Of a stretch of DNA of 64,000 nt, positions 56,960 to 64,000 are shown in pieces (within the stretch, counting starts at the first letter, position 1; every line of letters begins with the position of its first letter). The notes under the pieces are model-generated. The model saw nothing but the letters and a program-made list of their open reading frames with translations, was not told the DNA's origin and did no database searches. This DNA comes from Bacillota bacterium (GTDB lineage Bacteria; Bacillota_I; Bacilli_A; RF39; UBA660): the NCBI GenBank assembly GCA_015059445.1, contig SVAK01000003.1:55058-119057 (forward strand), written 5' to 3'. The position numbers were made by a program, and so were the translations under genes.

Positions 56960-59332
56960 ATGAACATAAATGATATTCAAGATAATACGATTATAATTTG
57001 TGAAAGTGAATATAAAAATTATTTACTAAAGAAGTTGACTAAAAATCATATTTTTTTGAATGTCAAATTTTATTCTAAAAAAGAATTTCTTAAAGATTTT
57101 TTATTTTCTTATAATGAAAAAGCAGTATATTATTTAGTTAAGAAATATCAATATAAAGTAGAAATAGCCAAAATGTATTTAGAGAATTTATATTATGTAG
57201 ATGATTCTAAAGAATATAAGAATCCTAAGTTAATTCATTTAGTAAAACTGAAAAAAGAGTTAAATGCTCAAAAATTATTAACATACAATAAAAATTTTGA
57301 GAAATATTTGGGAAAGCATAAAATATTAGTAGTAGGTTATCCGTTTTTAGATAATTATGAATTAGAAATATTTAATAATTTAAATGCCAATATTATAAAT
57401 ACTTTTGGAAAATACGAATTAACTAAAGTTTTTGAATTTACTAATATCGAAGAAGAAATTAACTTTGTTTTGAAAAGTATTGGTGATTTGTTAACTAAAG
57501 GAATAGATATAAATAAAATAAAAATTATAGGAATTGATGATGAATATTATAACGATTTAAATCGGCTAAGTAGTTTTTACAATATTCCTGTAAATATCCC
57601 AACTAATAATACTTTATATAGTAATATTATTACAAAGAAGTTTTTAGATAACTATGACTCTGATATAAAAAAAAGTATTGATGCTATAAAAAATGAAAAT
57701 AGTGATATTGTAAATAAAATAGTAAATATTTGTAATAAATATGTTTTTGTTAAAGATTATAATGAAGTTAAAGATCTAATTATAAATGATTTAAAAAATA
57801 GTAATATTGATAATTTTAAACTAAAGAATTTTGTGGAAATTATTAATATAGAATCTCCAATTGATGATGAGTTTGTTTTTCTAATGAATTTTAATACTGG
57901 AAATATTCCTCGGCCAATTAAAGATGAAAATTATATTACTGATAATATTAAATGTGAGTTGAATATGAAAAGCATTGTGGAAATGAATAAATTAAATAAG
58001 GAGTTTATAAAAAATAAAATTAGCAGTATTAAAAATTTAGTAATTAGTTATAAATTAAAAAGCGGAAAAGGAGAATATTACCCATCGTCATTAATTAATG
58101 AACTAAATTTACAAGTTATTCATTACAAAAATGATATTTTAAATAGTTATTCATATATGAATGATTTAATTAATTTTGCTAAAAAATGGGATAATTATGA
58201 AAAATATGGTGATGTAGATGAAGAATTTTTTGTTTATAAAAATAATCTAAAAGATATTTCTTATAATACTTATGATAATAGTTATACCAAAATAGATAAA
58301 AATAATTTAAGAGAATATTTAAATAATAAATTAACTTTGTCTTATAGTTCTTTAAATAATTATAATAAATGTGCCTTTAGGTATTATGTTGCTAACATTT
58401 TAAAATTAGATAAATATGAGGAAAATTTTGAAGCTTTTGTTGGCTCTATTTTTCATGATGTGTTAGAAAAGTGCTTTATTAATAAATTAGATGTTCAAGA
58501 CGAAGTTAATAATTATATAGAGAATAGCGGAAAACAATTATCAATTAAAGAAAGGTTTTTTGTAAATAAAATAATTGAAGATATTAAATATGTGATAAAT
58601 GTTTTAAATAAACAACAAGACTACATAGGGTTAGATAAGAGCTTATATGAGAAAAATATAGTAATAGATAAAAGTCGAGATATTCTAGTAAAGTTTGTTG
58701 GTTTTGTAGATAAAATTTTATATAAAGAAAATAGTAATAATACTTTAGTAAGTATAATTGATTATAAAACTGGTTTTGTTGATATTGATTTAAAATATGT
58801 TCCATATGGGTTAAGTTTACAACTTCCTATATATTTATATTTAGTTAAAAAATCCAACTTATTTTCAAATCCTAAATTTGTTGGTTTCTATTTACAATAT
58901 ATTTTAGACAAAGACATCACAAAAGTTAGCAAAAAAACCTATGATATGAAAAGATGGGATAATTTAAAATTGATAGGTTATTCCAACAAAGATATTCATT
59001 CTTTAGTTGAGTTTGATAATGGTTATAGAGATAGCTCTTTAATAAAAGGGATGAAAGTCAAAACTGATGATAGTTTTAATGCGTATGCCAAAGTTTTAAG
59101 TGATGCTGAAATAGATAAATTAATTGAATTGACAGAAAAAAATATAGATTCTGCAGTTGATAAAATATTAGATGGCGATTTTTCTATTAATCCTAAAAAG
59201 ATTGGTTATGATAATGATTTAGGATGTAAATTTTGTAAATTTAAAGATTTATGTTTTAAAAAGGATAATAATTATGTCATTTTAGAAGATATAAAGACGT
59301 TAGACTTTTTAGGGGGTGAAGGAGATGCCTAG
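56960..59332 (+). CDS. addB: AddB/RexB-like helicase-nuclease subunit B (short form)
   Basis: It has a C-terminal RecB-type nuclease (IIDYKTG) with an Fe-S Cys cluster (C...CKFCKF..C). There is no Walker A motif in the N-terminal domain. 790 aa, directly upstream of and overlapping addA. Confidence 0.7.
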   Translation: MNINDIQDNTIIICESEYKNYLLKKLTKNHIFLNVKFYSKKEFLKDFLFSYNEKAVYYLVKKYQYKVEIAKMYLENLYYVDDSKEYKNPKLIHLVKLKKELNAQKLLTYNKNFEKYLGKHKILVVGYPFLDNYELEIFNNLNANIINTFGKYELTKVFEFTNIEEEINFVLKSIGDLLTKGIDINKIKIIGIDDEYYNDLNRLSSFYNIPVNIPTNNTLYSNIITKKFLDNYDSDIKKSIDAIKNENSDIVNKIVNICNKYVFVKDYNEVKDLIINDLKNSNIDNFKLKNFVEIINIESPIDDEFVFLMNFNTGNIPRPIKDENYITDNIKCELNMKSIVEMNKLNKEFIKNKISSIKNLVISYKLKSGKGEYYPSSLINELNLQVIHYKNDILNSYSYMNDLINFAKKWDNYEKYGDVDEEFFVYKNNLKDISYNTYDNSYTKIDKNNLREYLNNKLTLSYSSLNNYNKCAFRYYVANILKLDKYEENFEAFVGSIFHDVLEKCFINKLDVQDEVNNYIENSGKQLSIKERFFVNKIIEDIKYVINVLNKQQDYIGLDKSLYEKNIVIDKSRDILVKFVGFVDKILYKENSNNTLVSIIDYKTGFVDIDLKYVPYGLSLQLPIYLYLVKKSNLFSNPKFVGFYLQYILDKDITKVSKKTYDMKRWDNLKLIGYSNKDIHSLVEFDNGYRDSSLIKGMKVKTDDSFNAYAKVLSDAEIDKLIELTEKNIDSAVDKILDGDFSINPKKIGYDNDLGCKFCKFKDLCFKKDNNYVILEDIKTLDFLGGEGDA

Positions 59333-62300
59333 ATGGACTGAAGAGCAACTTCAAGCAATTCATAAAAGTGGTAGTAATATTATTGTTTCGGCTGGAGCTG
59401 GTTCTGGTAAAACAGCGGTGTTAACTGAAAGAGTAATAGAAAAATTAAAAACAGGTATAAAGATTAACGAACTATTAATTTTAACTTTTACTAATGCCGC
59501 TGCCGCTGAAATGAAGGATAGAATTAGAAGAAAAATAAATGAACATGAAGAACTAACTGAAAACTTAGATTATCTTGATGCAGCTTATATTACAACATTT
59601 GATTCTTTTACTTTATCTCTAGTAAAAAAATATAATTATATTTTAAATGTATCTCCTAATTTAAGTATTATTGATGGAGGGTTAATAAATATTTTAAAAG
59701 AAGAAATTTTAGATAGAGTATTTGATGAGTTTTATTTAGAAGATAATCCTTTGTTTTTAAATTTAATTAATGATTTTGCTATAAAAAATGATGCTAATTT
59801 AAAATCTGCTATATTAAAAATTAGTCATGGTTTAGAATTAAAAAGTAATAAAGAAGAATATTTGAATAATTATATAGAAAATTTTTTAAATAATGAACAA
59901 ATAGATAGTTATATAAATGAATTTAATAATCTTTTGATAAATGAAATAAAGGATATTGAAACTAATTTAATGTATATTAGTGAAAGTGATTTTTATGATT
60001 ATTATGAGGAAATGGTAAAATCATTAGATAAGTTAATAAAATCAAGAGATTATGATGGTATATTGGAAAGTGTTAATATAACACTTCCCAGAAGACCAAG
60101 AGGTAGCGATGATATCAAAATATATAGAGATAATATTGATGTCGCATTAAAAAATTTAAAAAGTTATTTAAGATTTGAAAATGCTGAAGAAATAAGAGAA
60201 TCGTTTACTATAGTAAAAAAATATATTGAAGTTATATTGGATATCATTAAAAGATTTGATAAAGAAGTGATGAAGTATAAAAATAATAATGATTTATATG
60301 AATTTACTGATATTGAGTTAATGGCTATAAAATTGTTAAGAGAAAATGAACATATAAGAGAAGAAATTCAAAACTTATATAAGGAAATATGTGTTGATGA
60401 GTATCAAGATACTAATGATTTACAAGAGGAGTTTATTAGTTTAATAGAGAATAATAATGTTTATATGGTTGGGGATATTAAACAATCTATTTATGGCTTT
60501 AGAAATGCTAATCCCAGTATTTTTAAGGAAAAATATGATAAATATACTATTAATGACGGTGGTGTTAAAATAGACTTGCTAAAGAATTTTCGTTCTCGCG
60601 GCGAAGTACTGGATGGTATTAATCGAATTTTCTCGTTGATAATGGACCACTCAATTGGAAGAGCAGACTATAAAAAAACACATCAAATGGTTTTTGGGAA
60701 TTTATCTTATGAAGAGAATAAAAATAGTAATCAAAATTATGAATTAGAAATTCTTAATTATAATTATGAAGATAAAGTATTTAATAAAGAAGAAATCGAA
60801 GCCTTTATTATTGGAAAAGATATTTTAAGTAAAATAAATAATAAATATGAAGTTGTAGATAAATTTAGTGGTAATCTAAGAAGTGTTAAATATGAAGATT
60901 TTTGTATTATTATGGATCGTGGGACTAGTTTTCCAGTATATAAAAAAATATTTGAATATTTAGGGATTCCTCTTACTATTTTCGAAGATAAAAAATTAAC
61001 TAATGAAATTGATATTATGCTTATTAATAATATTTTGGGCTTTGTTTTAAAAGTTAAAGATAATATAGTAGACATAGAATTTAAATATTATTTTATGAGT
61101 ATAGCTAGATCATATCTTTTTGAATATGATGATAATAAAATATTTAATATAATTAAGAATAAGAAGTTTAAAGATACAGAAATTTATGCAATAGCTAAAA
61201 ACATAAGTAATAAAATAGATTCTTTAAATAATTATGAATTATTAGAAATTATTATTAACGATTTCAAATTTTATGAAAAAACTCTTAAAGTTGGTAACAT
61301 ACAGGAAACTATTATTAGAATAAATAATTTGTTTGATATTTCTAAAAATTTAAGTGATATTGGATATACAATATATGATTTTAAAGATTACATAGGTAAA
61401 ATGATAGAAAGTAAAAATGAAATTACTTATAAAGTAAGTGCTGCTTCTAATGATAGTGTTAAAGTAATGAATATTCATAAATCAAAGGGGCTAGAATTTC
61501 CTATTTGTTATTTTAGTGGGTATTATAAAGAATTTAATACTATGGATATTAAAGATAGGTTTATTTATGATAATGTTTATGGCATAATTACACCATATTT
61601 TAAAGAGGGAATAGGTGCAACTATTTTAAAAGATTTACTAAAAAATAAATATATGATAGATAATATATCTGAGCGCATTAGACTTTTCTATGTAGCATTA
61701 ACAAGAGCTAAAGAAAAAATGATAATTGTTACTAGTTTGGAAGAAGAAAAAAAATATTCTAATAAAGTAGTAGATTATAATATAAGAAGAAAATATAAAT
61801 CTTTTTTAAATATTTTAAATTCTATCAATGGTACTTTAGAAAGATTTATTAAAAATGTTAATATAGATGATTTAGGAGTAACTAAAGATTATATCTATGG
61901 AAATTCAAAAAAAGAATTGTTAGAAAGTAACAATCTTGAAGCAATTAATTATAAAACTATTAATATAATTAATGAGAAAATTGAAAAACAACATGCCTCT
62001 AAAATCATAAATAATATTATTAGTGAGGAAGAACAAAATATTTTAGAGTTCGGTACATATTTACATAATATTTTTGAAACTACAGATTTTTTAAATGTTG
62101 AAGAAGAAAATCCTTATAAAGAAAAACTGAGAGAATTTGTTGAAAAATTAAATATTACTGCTAAAACAAAAATATATAAAGAACATGAATTTATATTCGA
62201 TGATAAAGAAGTAACTTATCATGGAATTATAGACTTAGTTTTAATTGAAAATGATGTTATTAAAATAGTAGATTATAAATTAAAAAATATTGATGATCCA

Positions 62301-62417
62301 AAATATATTGAACAATTACGAGTTTATTATAATTATTTAAATACTATTTTTGACTTTGAGATAAAAACATATTTGTATAGCATTATTAATGCAGAGTTAA
62401 AAGAAGTGAATATATAA
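59316..62417 (+). CDS. addA: ATP-dependent helicase/nuclease AddA (UvrD-like helicase + RecB nuclease)
   Basis: It has WTEEQLQAI, Walker A GAGSGKT and DEYQDTN. The C-terminal nuclease motif reads GIIDLV...VDYK. An ATG at 59325 is an alternative start. Confidence 0.88.
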   Translation: MKEMPRWTEEQLQAIHKSGSNIIVSAGAGSGKTAVLTERVIEKLKTGIKINELLILTFTNAAAAEMKDRIRRKINEHEELTENLDYLDAAYITTFDSFTLSLVKKYNYILNVSPNLSIIDGGLINILKEEILDRVFDEFYLEDNPLFLNLINDFAIKNDANLKSAILKISHGLELKSNKEEYLNNYIENFLNNEQIDSYINEFNNLLINEIKDIETNLMYISESDFYDYYEEMVKSLDKLIKSRDYDGILESVNITLPRRPRGSDDIKIYRDNIDVALKNLKSYLRFENAEEIRESFTIVKKYIEVILDIIKRFDKEVMKYKNNNDLYEFTDIELMAIKLLRENEHIREEIQNLYKEICVDEYQDTNDLQEEFISLIENNNVYMVGDIKQSIYGFRNANPSIFKEKYDKYTINDGGVKIDLLKNFRSRGEVLDGINRIFSLIMDHSIGRADYKKTHQMVFGNLSYEENKNSNQNYELEILNYNYEDKVFNKEEIEAFIIGKDILSKINNKYEVVDKFSGNLRSVKYEDFCIIMDRGTSFPVYKKIFEYLGIPLTIFEDKKLTNEIDIMLINNILGFVLKVKDNIVDIEFKYYFMSIARSYLFEYDDNKIFNIIKNKKFKDTEIYAIAKNISNKIDSLNNYELLEIIINDFKFYEKTLKVGNIQETIIRINNLFDISKNLSDIGYTIYDFKDYIGKMIESKNEITYKVSAASNDSVKVMNIHKSKGLEFPICYFSGYYKEFNTMDIKDRFIYDNVYGIITPYFKEGIGATILKDLLKNKYMIDNISERIRLFYVALTRAKEKMIIVTSLEEEKKYSNKVVDYNIRRKYKSFLNILNSINGTLERFIKNVNIDDLGVTKDYIYGNSKKELLESNNLEAINYKTINIINEKIEKQHASKIINNIISEEEQNILEFGTYLHNIFETTDFLNVEEENPYKEKLREFVEKLNITAKTKIYKEHEFIFDDKEVTYHGIIDLVLIENDVIKIVDYKLKNIDDPKYIEQLRVYYNYLNTIFDFEIKTYLYSIINAELKEVNI

Positions 62418-62446
62418 AAACAGTTGTCTAAATGCAGCTGTTTTTA
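62416..62446. terminator. Bidirectional terminator between addA and a convergent gene
   Basis: Imperfect stem AAACAGTTG/CAGCTGTTT flanked by A- and T-runs. Confidence 0.5.
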
Positions 62447-63379
62447 TAATCCTAGTGTTTTATCAATTCCAGGAGGGATAATTATATCTCCATCTTCAAG
62501 AAGTTCTTCATCGTCATATTCTAATTGTTTTACCTGATGATTATTTATTATATCTATATACACATTTCCTGTTTTTTGCATAATTTGCTGTTGTTTTTGA
62601 ATTGTAGCTAATGTTAAACCGCTACATTCAAAACCAGTTCCATAAATTTTGGCATTTTCTTCTGTTAATTCAATAAATCCTCTTTTTAATAATATAGTGG
62701 CAAAAGTTCGACCATCCGGAGTTTGACAAACGTAATATCCTGCATCAGGCCCTTTACAACAATTTTTAAAATAAAATTTACCGTTGTTGCAGTTTACGGT
62801 TGCGAAAAATTGTCTATATGAAGCATCTAGTAAAAATTGTTTATAAAAAACTTGATTATGTTCTCTAATAGGTATTTTAACGGTACCAAATGCGTGGGAC
62901 GCAGAATGATTAGAAAAATTAAAAGCATTATTAATTGTGCATTCTAGATTAGCTTTAAGCAATGGAATAATAGTTAAACTTTGGGTATAACTACAACATC
63001 CTTGTAAGCTAGCAACAGTTATGTCTTGAGTTTTTGATAAACTTATTCTAGTATTTTGAATGTCCCAATCTAGAATAAGATAAGCTTCTTCTAAAGAAAT
63101 GCCATCTACTAATCCATTTCTGTTTTTTTCAATAACTTCCTGTAAGTGTTTAATAGCGCCAGCAACGTCATCTTTATTTGTATTAAATACTAAAGGTTCA
63201 CTTTCAACGATATAAGAAAATGGTTCCAGCCCAAAAATATCTAATTCATCTTTTAATTGTTTTTCATAGCAATGTTTAAAATAATTTGTTAACAAATCTG
63301 CTAATTTCTCGTGTTTATAAGGAACATTGGAGTTTGCGATTAATTTAATTTGTTTTAATAATAATTTTTGTTTTTTCAT
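62444..63379 (-). CDS. Cysteine-rich hypothetical protein, possibly a Cys-His hydrolase/transferase fold
   Basis: 311 aa with conserved-looking segments ASLQGCCSYTQSL and HSASHAFG and several CC/CxxC pairs. No secure family assignment. Confidence 0.4.
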   Translation of the reverse strand: MKKQKLLLKQIKLIANSNVPYKHEKLADLLTNYFKHCYEKQLKDELDIFGLEPFSYIVESEPLVFNTNKDDVAGAIKHLQEVIEKNRNGLVDGISLEEAYLILDWDIQNTRISLSKTQDITVASLQGCCSYTQSLTIIPLLKANLECTINNAFNFSNHSASHAFGTVKIPIREHNQVFYKQFLLDASYRQFFATVNCNNGKFYFKNCCKGPDAGYYVCQTPDGRTFATILLKRGFIELTEENAKIYGTGFECSGLTLATIQKQQQIMQKTGNVYIDIINNHQVKQLEYDDEELLEDGDIIIPPGIDKTLGL

Positions 63380-63457
63380 TAAAAAATCACCTTTATTATT
63401 AAATTTAATATATCATAATAATTTTATATTAATAAAAAAGTAATGAGAAAATTGTCA

Positions 63458-64000
63458 TTACTTTACAAGTTTATTACCAATTTCATTAACTGGGCCAGCA
63501 CCAATAGTAATTACTAAATCATTCGTTTTTAAATTATCTTTCAAATAATCTACAATTTTATCAAATGATTCAATATAATGAACATTTTTGTTGTGCGGTT
63601 TAATCAAATTAACGATATCTTCTTCTTTAATATTAAAAATATTTATTTCACGAGCCGGATAAATAGGGGCAATTATAACATTATCAAATTCTTTTAAAAT
63701 ATTGGCAAATTCTTCTAAGTGTTCTTTAGTTCTAGAAAATGTGTGCGATTGAAAAATTGCCCAATTTTGATTACATTTAATAGTTTTAACAGAATTTAGA
63801 GTAGAAGCAATTTCAGTTGGATGATGTGCATAATCATCATAGACTAAAACATTTTCATTATAAGTTCCTAAAAATTGGAATCTACGTTCTACGCCAATAT
63901 ATTCATTTAACCCATTAATGATGGCATTTTTACTGACATTATGCAAAATACACATACAAGTTGTTGCCAGAGCATTATAAATATTATGATTACCTAAAAC
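63458..64000 (-). CDS. murC: UDP-N-acetylmuramate--L-alanine ligase, C-terminal part. The N-terminus lies beyond the window end.
   Basis: It has the C-terminal Mur-ligase motif YDDYAHHPTEI. The frame stays open to nt 64000 and encodes ...GNHNIYNALATT, which is the MurC NxxNALAA motif. Confidence 0.8.
   Translation of the reverse strand, partial: VLGNHNIYNALATTCMCILHNVSKNAIINGLNEYIGVERRFQFLGTYNENVLVYDDYAHHPTEIASTLNSVKTIKCNQNWAIFQSHTFSRTKEHLEEFANILKEFDNVIIAPIYPAREINIFNIKEEDIVNLIKPHNKNVHYIESFDKIVDYLKDNLKTNDLVITIGAGPVNEIGNKLVK

Overview
This is a very AT-rich window from a low-GC Gram-positive (Bacillota-type) chromosome that uses the standard genetic code. TGA acts as a stop codon, for example at 46875-46877. 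Most of the window is conserved housekeeping sequence in Bacillus/Clostridium-like synteny. Translation genes include ileS (3' part), fmt, rpsU-yqeY, glyQS, serS, miaB, dus and rpmB. The envelope and division block is a CDP-alcohol phosphatidyltransferase, sepF-divIVA, cdsA-rseP, an ltaS-like synthase, mscL and murC (partial). The sporulation-type block reads yqfC-yqfD-ybeY-dgkA-era-yqzL-recO. DNA metabolism genes are tdk, pcrA, ligA, dnaE adjacent to polC, ku-ligD, yqeG-yqeH, mutL, rmuC and addB-addA. Transporters are two ABC exporters, a GltP-type symporter and a YihY-family protein. There is one tRNA-Arg(CCG). I found no transposase, integrase, CRISPR array or prophage.

The clearest accessory element is at 3.7-7.15 kb, wedged between the phosphatidyltransferase gene and rpsU. 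A C39-peptidase ABC exporter gene is followed by a small membrane protein and then two tandem peptide genes of 48 and 53 aa. Both peptides are shorter than the 60-aa cutoff of the supplied ORF track. Both carry classic double-glycine leaders and glycine-rich, amphipathic mature regions with a single C-terminal cysteine. This looks like a previously unannotated class-II, possibly two-peptide, bacteriocin-like export locus.

Other notable non-coding and small-ORF signals:
- A Ser-specifier T-box leader sits upstream of an operon pairing a SpoT-like HD hydrolase with serS.
- A compact T-box sits upstream of glyQS, and its promoter lies inside the 3' end of tdk.
- The long miaB leader has mutually exclusive pairings, one of which sequesters the RBS.
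- A 26-aa YqzL-like micro-ORF lies between era and recO.
- A 27-aa hydrophobic peptide gene follows polC.

Several proteins show degenerate catalytic motifs or unusual lengths: DnaE with the PHP metal ligands lost, a membrane sensor with SDGNEF in place of GGDEF, a histidine phosphatase with SNN in place of RHG, and a short AddB.
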